Assembly: GCA_977017645.1 (NCBI GenBank)
Contig: OZ360224.1
Coordinates: forward strand, 177,940,001 to 178,004,000
Source of the DNA: Torpedo marmorata
Taxonomy: Eukaryota
DNA: 64,000 nucleotides
Reading direction: 5' to 3'
Shown here: positions 12,290 to 23,656 of the stretch, in pieces
How positions within the stretch are numbered: the stretch's first letter is position 1
Layout: each line of letters opens with the position of its first letter
Notes under the pieces: generated by a model
What the model saw: only the letters and a program-made list of their open reading frames with translations
Databases searched by the model: none
Told to the model about the DNA's origin: nothing
Program-made: the position numbers and the translations under genes

Positions 12290-12985
12290 TTCTCTGGACA
12301 GGTCCTGGTGGATTGGAAAACAGCAAATGTCATGCCACTGCTTAAAAAAGGTTGGAGGCAAAAAGCAGATATCTGTGGACCAGTTAGCATAATGTCTGTG
12401 TAGTTGGGAAAATACTTGAAGCTTTCATTAGGGAAGAAACAGCAAGATACCTGGATAGAAATTGTTCCATCAGGCCGATGCAGCATGGATTCGGGAAGGA
12501 TGGGCCCTGTTGGAGTTCTGTGAGGATATAATGAGCACGGGGGATAGAGGAGAACAGGTAGATGTTGTGCACTTGGATTTCCAGGTTTCTGAGAAGGTGC
12601 CACATAAAAGACTTATGAGATAACGATGCTATGAGTTGAGGGTAATGTATTAGCGTAGAAGTCGTAGATAGATGATTGGACCTGACTGAAGTTTCTCAAG
12701 GCACAGATGGGGGAAGACAGTCAGAATATTTTTTTCTCAGGGTAAAAATGTCCACTACTGGATGACATAGATCGAGGTGAGAGGGGTAGAGTTTAAAGAT
12801 GTATTTGGTAGGTTTTATTTCACACAGAGAGTGGAAGGAGCCTGGAGCAGACTGCCAGAGGTAGCGGTGGAAGCAGGTACCGTGGCAGCATTTAAAAGGC
12901 TTCGGAAGGATATGGTTCATGAGCAGGTGTCAGAGAATTAGTTTAATTTGTTCAGAGCAAACATTGTGGGCCGAAGGGCCTGTTG
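12290..12985 (+). mobile_element. Degraded CR1 LINE fragments
   Basis: Remnants of DWKTANVMPL.KKG and QHGF; 3'UTR gggccgaagggcctg. Confidence 0.7.
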
Positions 12986-13161
12986 TTTTGTAAGTGGCTT
13001 GTTTCCAAGCCTGCACGTCACCACATTGGAAAGAATCCTTTGGTGATAACACCGTGCACCTGAGTTAGAAGGAATACGTATCTCCCATCAAGAGAACATA
13101 ATTCAAATCGCATACGCACATGGCTGAGGTCTTTATTAGCAGAGAAAAATTATAAACTAAC

Positions 13162-13250
13162 TTATCACTGTGTTTTGCCAAGAACATCTGTGTCATGTGT
13201 ACAGCTTCATCAATTTGGTCCTTCTTGCTTGTTAGTTCCGTGTGTAGTAC
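13162..13250 (-). CDS. DST: Dystonin exon, a/b isoforms (VLHTELTSKKDQIDEAVHMTQMFLAKHSD)
   Basis: 89 nt, tttcag|GTA...TAA|gttag; resembles human KKEQLSEALQTIQLFLAKHGDK; phases fit. Confidence 0.9.
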
Positions 13251-13387
13251 CTGAAAGCAAACAAGATATCACCTTGATTTCATTTGAAAATAAAAAAATA
13301 CGGCAGCTGCTGGAAGTCTGAAATATGAACCGAAGATGCTGGATTCATTCAGCAGGTCAGGCAGCAACTGTGGAGAGGGGAGCAGTT

Positions 13388-15090
13388 CAGAATCAGAATC
13401 AGAATTTATTGTCATGAACAAGTCATGAAATTCGGTGTTTTGCGGCAGCATCATAGTGCAATTAACATTCATATTAACCATCTTACGACATTACTATAAA
13501 AAATTATAAACAATAGTGCACGAAAAGTAAGGCAGTGTCCTTGGTTCATTGATTATTCAGGAATATGATGGCAGCGGGGAAGAAGCTGTCCTTGTGCCGT
13601 TGAGTGCTCGTCTTTAGGCTCCTGTACCTTTTTCCCGATGGAAGCAGAGTGAAGAGGGCATGGCCTGGGTGGTGGGGGTCTTTGAGGATAGAGGCTGCTT
13701 TTTTAAGACACCGCCTCATGTAGATGTCCTCGATGGAGTGAAGTTTGGTGCCTGTGATGTCACAGGCCGAGTTAACAACCCTCTGGAGTTTACTCTTGTC
13801 CTGGGAGTTGGCGCCTCCATACCAGGCAGTGATGCAACCAGCCAGAATGCTCTCCACGGTACACCTGTAGAAGTTTACGAGAGTCTTTGGTGACATACCA
13901 AATCTCCGCAGACACCTCACAAAGTATAGCCGCTGACGAGCCTTCTTTGTGATTGCATCAACGAGGATGCTCAAGATTTATGTAAATTAAGTATGACGAA
14001 GATTATCAATGTTAGATATAGATTAGTACAATATAATTTTTTTCATCAATTATATTTAACACCTAAAAAATTAAAGAAATTTAATCCGACATTATCAGGC
14101 TTATGTTTTAGATGCAATAGAGAGGAAGGTTCTTTTGTTCATTCTACATGGTTTTGTCCAAAAATTCAAGATTTTTGGTTGAAAGTTAAAAAATTTTAGA
14201 TAAAGTATTTAATATTGCATTTCCAATGGATCCTATGTTATTTTTATTTGGAGATATTAAAAAATTTAGTATTAAAAAGAAATTAAATATGTTTCAAGTA
14301 GAATTTTTGCGAATTGCTTTAGCTGTTTCAAAAAAATGCATTGCTATTACTTGGAAATCTGATTTAGATTTAGGATTAGAAAGATGGCATGCAGAACTCC
14401 GTTCGTGTATACCACTGGAAAAAAAAATTTATAATTTAGGTAATAAATATCATTTTTTCTTGAAAATTTGGAGCCCATATATGAGAGCTGTGGGTTTAAG
14501 GATTTGAAGATCTCTAGATATCAGATCTGCTGGCATACTTGACCTCCATAATAGAATTAGTTTAGAAGGTATTCCCCTCATTCTATTCTTTTCTTTCTAT
14601 TCTTTTCTTTCTTTTTTCTATTTTACTTTAATTTTTATTTTTATTTTTTATTAGATTAGTGGGGATGGGGGGGTTGGGGAGGGGAGGGAGGGTGGGGGGT
14701 GAAAATATATCACATGTTTTTTGATAATTTTATATTTTATCTCATGTATTTTGTGATTTAAAAGTTTAAATAAAATAATTTAAAAAAACAAACAAAAAAA
14801 AACGTGGATGCTCCAGGACAGATCCTCGGAGATGTTGACACCCAGGAATTTGAAGTTCTTGACCCTCTCCACTACTGAGCCCTCGATGAGGACTGGGTCG
14901 CGTTCCCCTGACTTCCTCCTGAAGTCCACAATCATCTCCTTGGTTTTGCTGATGTTGAGCTCAAGGTTGTTGCCATTTCACCATTCAACGAGCTGATCTA
15001 TCTCCCTCCTGTACGCTTCCTCATTGCCGTTTGTGATTCTGCCGACAACTGTGGTGTCATCGGCAAACTTGTAGATGGCATTGGAATTCA
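13388..15090 (-). mobile_element. Young Rex1/Babar-type LINE, 5'-truncated, interrupted by an L1
   Basis: KFADDTT, KARQRLYF, CTVESILAGCITAWYG; (ATTCTG)n tail at 13388-13405; near-identical to 18650-19511. Confidence 0.85.
13973..14800 (+). mobile_element. L1-clade LINE, 5'-truncated 3' end
   Basis: Near-identical to 10188-11000; A-rich tail; TSD AACG(A/T)GGATGCTC at 13960-13972 and 14801-14813. Confidence 0.9.
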
Positions 15091-15099
15091 CATTTCCAC

Positions 15100-15410
15100 T
15101 CAGTGACCTCTCATCAATACCTTCATGAGTACCGGCGAAGGAGCTCTGACATTAACTTTCTCCCTCCACAGTTGCTGCCCGACCTGCAGAGTGCTTGCAG
15201 CATTGTCTGTCTTTTTATGTTGGAGCATCGAAATGGTGGAATTAAAACAGAAAATGCCAGAAATGCTCAGCAGGTTGGGAAGCATTGATGGAGAGAGAAA
15301 CATAGTTAATGTTTCTGATCAGTGTATTCAACCTGAAGCATCAACTGTTCTTCTCTCCACAGCGGCTGCTAGACCTACAAAGTGCTTCCAGCAGTTTTGG
15401 TGTTTAGAAC
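15100..15410. repeat. Penelope-derived fold-back terminal repeats
   Basis: ctcagcagg...agcat..tggagagag and its reverse complement ctctccacag..gctgc..gacct; a partner arm lies at 13308-13387. Confidence 0.55.
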
Positions 15411-16989
15411 CTTAACTTAATTCAGTTAAAGCTCTCTATTTTGTTCTGAGATTTTAAAAGCTCAAATGGAAATTACATATTTTCTCTACTGCATTCACCA
15501 GAAGAACATTCTGTTCAATGAGGTCTGGAGGGTTATGGGAATAGCAGAATAATATTTTGGCACAGACTAGAAGGGCCGAATGGCCTGTTTTCTGTGCTGT
15601 AGTGTTCTACGGTTCTAATGGTGATGGTTTTGGAAAATCTGGAACATCCTCACCAAAATAGCCACTGAGGCTGGGAATCAGGCCAAAGGACTGAGATTGG
15701 TCGATGTCAGGCAGAGGTGTTAAAAGATTATGGAACCAAGACAAATAGATTGACTATGGGGCCAGATCATTCTTGATCTGACTGACAAGTAAAACAGCTG
15801 GCTGTCGTTCCCATGTTCTGAGAACAGTGAAACAATGAGACGTTCTTGTCCAAAAATGATCTGGGTATCTACCAGAATATCAAACAATGGGGGGAAACAG
15901 TAAGAGAGTGGGATTGATTGGGTCACTCTTTCAAAGAGACACAATGGGGCAAATGGTCTCGTTGTCTGGCTCACTCTATAATTTCACCAATCATTGCATT
16001 GGGAGACGCTGTCCACTGAATGAGGGGAGCACATGGACACTGGTCACCCCTGCCTCCACTCATCAGATGTTCAAAGAAAATCCATCTGAGCAAGGTCAAA
16101 GTTCAGGCAGGTGTACCATGAGGAAGGGCCTCCATTAAACAAAGACCAGAGGAATAATCTTTCTTCTCTGAAATAACAGGTCAAGAACAGTTTATTTTTA
16201 TCCCACCAGCAATTTGCTCTTGAACCTCCCTTTACTACCCCAATCATAAACTACTCCGACATCAGAAAAGGCCTGACTACACTATTGTAACAGCACTTAT
16301 TTTTCTTGCACTCTGGTAACTATGAATATTTATCATTTATCTTTTGTATCTATAATCTTTATTCATTTCATGTATATTATTATAGTTTTTTTTTTAAATG
16401 AAGCACCTGTTTGGCTGCAGCAAGTAAGAATTTCGGAGCCTGTGTACATTATATAATGTATATGACAATAAACTCATTATCATTAACGAAGGACAGTTGG
16501 ATTCAACTCTCGGATTAGAAATGAAACCAGACCCTTGCTTCTCAGCCCACACCTGAGCTAGCTACAAGATATGAAAGATCATGTCGGCTTCTCCCCCGCC
16601 TCCTTTTGCACCAATGGAAAAGATCTTCTCCGATTTATGTTGAAGGTCAAACAGAAAAAGTCAAACCAACACGACATCAAACATTCAAATCCCCACTAAG
16701 TTTCAGTAAGGGAGAGGATGGCCCAGGATCATTTTTAATCAAGCGAACCTGAAACGCCAAATGCCAGCTCCTGCTTCTTTTCTAGTTAAAGGCCCACGTG
16801 AATAATTTATCTGTAAGACTGGGAGCACAGGCCATTGTCACCATGTTCAAGACAGAGAGAGAAATTATTGAATGGGATATTGCAGCGGGCCTCTTAATTC
16901 ATGAGGCTATGATGCCTTCGTTTTGAAAGAGGTTTCCAAGTGATCCCAATCTCTGCTCTTTTCCCAGAGCTCTTATGATTATAGATAAT

Positions 16990-17380
16990 CAATTTCTACA
17001 GCATGAAAACAGGCCCATGAGCCCAACTCATCCATGCCAGCCAAGTTGCTAACTTTTGCCCCATATCCCTCTAAGCCTTTCCTGTCTATGAACCTGTCTA
17101 AATGTCTTCTAAACATTGCAATTGTACTTGCTTCTACCACTTCCTCTGGCAGCTCGTTCGATATGCCCACACCCTCTGTGTGATAAAGGTCCTTTTTAAA
17201 CCTTTCCCCTCTGACCCCTTTTTTTAGACTCCTCTACTGTGGAAAAAAGACTAGGACCATTCACATCTTCACCCTCTTGATGTTATATTCCTTTACAAGG
17301 TCATCCCTCTGCCTGCTATGCTCGAGGGAAATCAGTCCCAGCATGTCGAGTCTCTCCGTGTACCTCAAGCCTTCCAGTCC
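16990..17380 (-). mobile_element. Degraded CR1 3' end
   Basis: NELPEEVVEA...FRRHLDRF...GLEGYG translation and CR1 tail. Confidence 0.75.
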
Positions 17381-18299
17381 CAATTCTTCCCTGCTTTAAC
17401 CAAATCATTTTTAAATTGTTTGCAAAAGGCAGATTAAAAAGTGATAAAAGAATCTTGTTCCCAACACCTCCAAGCTCTTAACTATAATTGCCCTGTGGTT
17501 CATTCAATTGGTCAAACTTCCACAAATTGTGAAGACCTGTACCAAGAACATTTTAAGATGATGGCGGTATTTAATTTGGACGTGCCCTTCAGTTAGTTTA
17601 TTTGCAGACCTCATTGTTTCTTTGACATGCACCCACATGCCTATGTTTAACCGTGCAAATTGTGCTATTGGGGCAGGAGCAGTTTCACTTTTCATGGACG
17701 TTGCAGTTAACATGTAAATGCAAAGTGGAAGCCAAGCCTGGGACTGACCTGACAGCAGAATGGAACAGAACTAGATGCCAGCTTGGTGTCAACATTAACT
17801 AATATCTATCTGGTACTTTTAACAACCCAAGGCATTTCACAGGAATCGGGTATCTGAAAATATGTTTAACAAGAGGCTGGTACTGGAAGACTGCAGACAC
17901 CTTGGATAGTTGCATGGCTGGAGGAGGTTACAAAGGTACTGATGCTGTGGAAGGTTTGGAAATTGAGAATTTTAACAATTAGCACGTTGGTTCTGAATCA
18001 ACTCGTGAGAAATGCTACTGGAGTTATTCTTCAGGGAGTTAAATCAAATCAAAATTGTCCCTGGAGCAAAACACGAGGATTCCCCCTCCCCCAACTCCAA
18101 TGCAAGTTGAGTTTTTCATCAACCAAAGCAAAAAATAGTTTGGAACAGATTTTTACTTCAGGGCCCCAAATTGGTTACTGAGATTCTTCTGCCGCTAAAG
18201 TTCATCAAAATAGGCCACTCCTGACTGGATTGGAATCACTTTACCTGGTACATAAAGCAGCATCGACACAATCCAGTCCCAGTGATGGGTCTATCGTGA

Positions 18300-19511
18300 A
18301 ATGCAAATCGCCTATCGTCACAATCGCTCCACAGCAGATGCAATATCGCTGGCTCTCCACTCAGCTCTGAATCACCTCGAAAACAGCAATTCATACATAC
18401 GGCTGCTCTTCATCGACTACAGCTCAGCCTTCAATACCATTATTCCCTCAGTGCTGGTCAAGAAGCTACAAACTCTAGGCCTCTGTACCCCCCTCTGCAA
18501 CTGGATCCTTGACTTTCTCATCGGAAGACCACAGTCAGTACGAATTGGAAACAATGTCTCCTCCTCACTGATTATCAACACAGGTGCACCCCAAGGATGT
18601 GTGCTTAGCCCACTGCTCTACTCGTTATACACCCATGACTGTGGCCAGGCACAATTCCAATGCCATCTACAAGTTTGCCGATGACACCACAGTTATCGGC
18701 AGAATCACAAACGGAAATGAGGAAGCGTACAGGAGGGAGATAGATCAGCTCGTTGAATGGTGTAACGACAAGAACCTTGCGCTCAATGTCAGCAAAACCA
18801 AGGAGATGATTGTGGACTTCAGGAGGAAGTCAGGGGAACACGACCCAGTCCTCATCGAGGGCTCAGTAGTGGAGAGGGTCAAGAACTTCAAATTCCTGGG
18901 TGTCAACATCTCCGAGGATCTGTCCTGGAGCCTCCACGTTGATGCAATCACAAAGAAGGCTCGTCAGCGGCTATACTTTGTGAGGTGTCTGAGGAGATTT
19001 GGTATGTCACCGAAGACTCTCGTAAACTTCTACAGGTGTACTGTGGAGAGCATTCTGACTGGTTGCATCACTGCCTGGTTTGGAGGCGCCAACTCTCAGG
19101 ACAAGAATAAACTCCAGAGGGTTGTTAACTCGGCCTGTGACATCACAGGCACCAGACTTCACTCCATTGAGGACATCTACATGAGGCGGTGTCTTAAAAA
19201 AGCAGCCTCTATCCTCAAAGACCCCCACCACTCAGACCATGCCTTCTTCACTTTGCTACCATCGGGAAAATGGTACAGGAGCCTAAAGACGAGCACTCAA
19301 AGGGACAAGGACAGCTTCTTCCCCGCTGCCATCAGATTCCTGAATAATCAACGAACCAAAGACTCTGCCTTACTTTTCGTGCACTATTATTTATATATAT
19401 TTTTATTGTAATGTCGTAAGATGGTTATAACATGAATGATTGCACTATGATGCTGCCGCAAAACACCGAATTTCATGACTTGTTCATGACAATAAATTCT
19501 GATTCTGATTC
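18300..19511 (+). mobile_element. Young Rex1/Babar-type LINE, 5'-truncated, one frameshift near 18643
   Basis: [31 protein letters not shown]; aataaa(ttctga)n tail at 19491-19511. Confidence 0.88.
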
Positions 19512-20111
19512 TGCACCCTCTAATGGCCCAAACTTGACCTGCAGTACAAAAGTCTCAATCTCCCTCAGTTTTATAAAGTGCACCCTTGCGTTAAAATTCC
19601 CTCTTTCTCTTGCTCTTCCAAACTTGTCTGCTTGTTCATCGTTCTTTTATTAACATTCCACTATCAGGCTGAAGTTGTCTCCATCCAAAGTTCAGAGATT
19701 CCCTTTGTCATTGTTTATGACTTGTAACTTCAAACCTCTCCTTTATGACACTTCTTAAAATGTACTTATTTGTTCAAGCTTTTGTTTTAACGACCTTTAT
19801 GTCCACTTTGGTCACGTAATCTTAAATCTTCAAATTACTCCTGTGAAACACCTTGTGATTTCTTGCTACATATAAACGAGTGCCACAAAACTTCATAGCA
19901 TCAAATGGTCAACTCAATTCCTCACTTGGCTTTAACCCCCTACCCAACCCCCCTCAACGAAAAAATGCTTATGTTCACAACCCAAAACATTTATTTCTTC
20001 AAATGTGGTACACTTTTGTTCTGCAAGAACAGCATGGATCTAAAATGTCCATCAGATCCAATAGGACGTTGTGGGTAAGATATAAACCTAGGCGAGTTGG
20101 TGTAACAGTAC

Positions 20112-20264
20112 CTGTTGCTCAGAAAGTGACGTCTCCATTCCACCAGGTTTAGGTGTGGGTGGACAGCGTTGTCTCGTAGCTAAGCTCTTGCTCTTCTCAG
20201 AAACCCATCTCAACAGTTCACCAACTTTCTCGACATGCTCTTGCTTTGCTTCTTCTACTGATTT
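20112..20264 (-). CDS. DST: Dystonin exon, first a/b-specific exon (KSVEEAKQEHVEKVGELLRWVS...SEQQ)
   Basis: 153 nt, ctag|AAA...CAG|gtact; resembles human KSLEEEKKEHVEKAKELQKWVS; phase 0/0. Confidence 0.92.
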
Positions 20265-21121
20265 CTAGCAGAGTTAAGAGACGTGTTCAAAACAATCCCA
20301 CTGGACATTAGGAACTCCAGTTATTTTCCATGCAATTGGTCATTCGTAATTAATATTGGAAAGACCACACTTCAAAACACTTCTCATCCCTACTTCTCCA
20401 TCTTTATATTAATTTGGTTAAGGATAAATGGGCAACAAATACATATTTCCAAATCACAGCAAAGTTTTTCAAGAAGAAACAGTTACAGATCACAAAGGTA
20501 CATAAGCAACAATAAGATTTACAAAACTGTATATCATATTTTCTGATAGTGCAGCTTCTGAGCTTGAAGTAGGTTATCTCTCGAAGCATGAAGCTTTTCC
20601 TGCAAATGCATTAGCCATTTTATAAGATAGACATTTTGGTGTTCCTTTCCTGATTCCTTACACTTCTAATTGAAACAACTGTCAGATATTATGCCGATTT
20701 TTGACAAAGTTTAAATGATACATAATATGCAGAGTATACCGTTACAAGAGGACAACAAAAAGAGCGCAATTGCCAGTCCATGTTTCAAGCAGAAGAGTGA
20801 AACAAGTGGAAAGTGTAATTTTATTCAGAAAGTGATTATGCATAAATGTGTAAGTCAACAGGGTTGCATTGTCATGACTACCAAGAGTGATGGTCCTTCA
20901 AAACTTTATGGAATGTGGCAATATCTGTGATTATATCTTCTTCTGAAGCTATTCCTGTTGTTGAGGTTTTGGAGATTCTATTGAAGACCATCCATTTAGA
21001 TATGGTGAACTCTCCAAACATGCTCTGATCCACACAGGGTGTCTTCATGTGAACAACACCAAACACATACTGGCATTTCCCATGTATGAAAAACTGAACA
21101 CAGTCACTGCTTCAAAAGTTG

Positions 21122-21201
21122 TTTATTTTTAATTCAGAGATATTGATCTAAACAATGACAAATCATGATGAGAAACTCAAAAGCTAAACACACTTTTTAT
21201 T
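21122..21201 (-). promoter_or_regulatory. Candidate polyadenylation signals for the BPAG1e-type transcript
   Basis: First minus-strand AATAAA hexamers I found after the 23657 stop (21196-21201, 21122-21127); the second is followed by a GU/U-rich tract. Confidence 0.4.
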
Positions 21202-22129
21202 TAAAGAAAATGGACTCAACAGGGGAACAATGGTCTTCTGGAGAGATGCTCATCCATTCCAGTAAAAGCTGTCAGAGAATGATCTTCCACTGTTCCTCCA
21301 CCTCCTCCTCCTCTTGTCCACAGACCCAACCCCCACTCCTGCTCGAAAGACATTGACTGGATAGGAAAGGAACAATCGGCCAATGGGTTTGCTAATCTGT
21401 ATTGCCCATGTTATGTTCTCGTCAGGGTGCATGTATCCCTCAACAACTCCTTGATACAATGATATCCCACAGCAACATGTTACCATCTTGAACCCTCCTC
21501 CAACAAGATATAGGTCCCCGCCCATGAATTCCAACGGTTGGCCTCTGCAAACTATTTGATCCAAAGCTAAATGACCAAGCATAACCCTCTTGCTCGTTGC
21601 ACAGTGACAAAGAGTGCGTGGGGGGACTGTGGAGAGCACTTCAGTAGCAGGAAGTCTGAGCCACAAATTCCTTCCTTAGCTAGGAGCCCACTTGACATAC
21701 CAGTAATCAGAACAGTCCATGGGGCAAACTGGGATTCTTGGTATGGATAGCTCATTTCCTTGTGGTCTTGTTCAGATGAACCACAGGATGAACTCATAAG
21801 ATTAAACTACAACCAGTACTATTAAAAGTAGAGAGCTCTGCCTGATCACATTGCAATGTGCTTTAGATCTTATTAAGCTCACGCTTTGAGGGACATTTGA
21901 AAATTGTAGTGACAATTTGTGATTGGATCATAGTGTAGTGAAGTGCAAAGGAAACCATCCTCTTCTTGCCTCAGAAGCCTGCAAATCTTACCCATTGGAG
22001 CATGCCCGAATGCGATTTCTGAATCTGCTTCCAACAACCTTACTGGCAGAGCATTCCGGATGATAATGCCCCATCACTTAAAGCCCACCACCACAGAGAA
22101 CACACCATAAATGGAATACAAGAAGATAT

Positions 22130-22985
22130 CAAGTACAGATCATAGAAGGGTACAGCTCAGGAACAGATCCTTCAGCCCATGTGTCTGTGCCGAACACAGT
22201 GCCCACATCAAACTAAGACACTGCTGCTTGCACCTGAGACATCCCTCCAGTCCCTTCATGTTCATATGTCTATCTGGAAGCTTCTTAAATTTTGCTATTG
22301 TATCTGTTTCCAACACTACACCTGGCAGCCTGTTCCGGGCATCTACCATTCTTTGTGTAAAAAGAATTGCCTCGCACATTTCCTCGACACTCCAACCTCT
22401 CTCCACCACCCCCCCCCCCCCCCACCAGGCTTAAACGCTTGTCCTCTAGTGTGTGAAGCTTTTTACCCTGGAGAAGAGATTCTGACTATCCACCCTATCA
22501 ATGCCTCATGATTTTATACACCTTGAATTCTGACTGTCCACTCTATCAATACCTCATGATTTTATACACCTCGATCAGGTCTCCCCTTGGCCACCGATGC
22601 TCCAGAGAAAAGTTTGTCGAACCTCTCCCCATAACTCATACCCTCTAAACCAGGGATATCCTGCAAAACCGCTTCTGTACCCTTTCCAAAATCTCCACAT
22701 CCTTCGTATAATGGAGCAACCAGAATTGCACACAGTATTCCACGTGTGACCGACCAAAGTTTTATAGCACATTGGACATGACCTCCTTTCTTTTATACTC
22801 AGCACCCTGCCAAATTGCATACACCTTCTTTACCAGCCTATCTGATGTGTCACCACTTTCAATGAGCTATGGATCTGCGCCCCAGATCGGTCTTCAGATC
22901 AATGCATTTAAGAGCCCTGCCATTAACTAAATATGTTCCCCTTACATATGACCTCCCAAATCTGAACACCACTTCTTGATTGGCT
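22130..22985 (-). mobile_element. Degraded CR1 3' portion with a small internal tandem duplication (about 22480-22571)
   Basis: FTQR...NRLPGVVLE and YKTLV motifs; ctatcaat.cctcatgattttatacacct occurs twice. Confidence 0.75.
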
Positions 22986-23656
22986 GAGATGCTGACTAGG
23001 GCACTTGCTCCTTACTCCAAGTGCTCCCCTTCGCATCTTTCTTGGCCAACTGACAGAGAATAGTCTCCACGTGGGAGGTGTCAGAGAAAAGAAGAGTAAA
23101 GGAGACTTGAAGAGAGGTATCACTGCAGCTAGTAAATGGATAATTTGCTTGGATCATCATCCTGCACCAGGAAACCCCGAGGGCTCACTTCTCTCTGCAC
23201 TTTGTTTGTGCAGATGGAATGAATTGATAGGAGAATGAGAAATAGCCTCGGAATGCACGGATAGGAACAGTGCAGAAGTTCAAACAACCAGAGGCCAAGC
23301 TGCAGTGATTCCTAAAAGGAAACGACACGGTCAAAACAGGATCAGGTTCCAAAGTGGTATCATCTGTTGACAGTTACCGACTAGTCTGGGTCGTGAAAAA
23401 TGGATAATGGACAAAGGTGCTTGAGGACAATCAAGTACTTAAACCATGGTTACACTTTAGGGAAGGAGTAAATAAAGAGGGGGGGGGGGGTGGGAACACA
23501 GTAATTGTAAAGAGGATTCCATTAAAGAGCTGTGTCTGAAATATTTATAATCCAACTCAGCCAGAGCCTTGGGTGAGACGGTGTAAGTAGAATCAATGGG
23601 ATGAAGTTGGCAAGGACGGGATGAGGGAGCGGGATAGGTTATCAAGCAGAGAAGCA

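Noticed and set aside
17504-17713. 69-aa minus-strand ORF in repeat-free intron
   Set aside because: No similarity to spectraplakin sequence, and the flanking exons already join in phase
21250-21797. Minus-strand ORFs of 138 and 76 aa
   Set aside because: No recognisable domain or fitting splice sites; probably 3'UTR or intron
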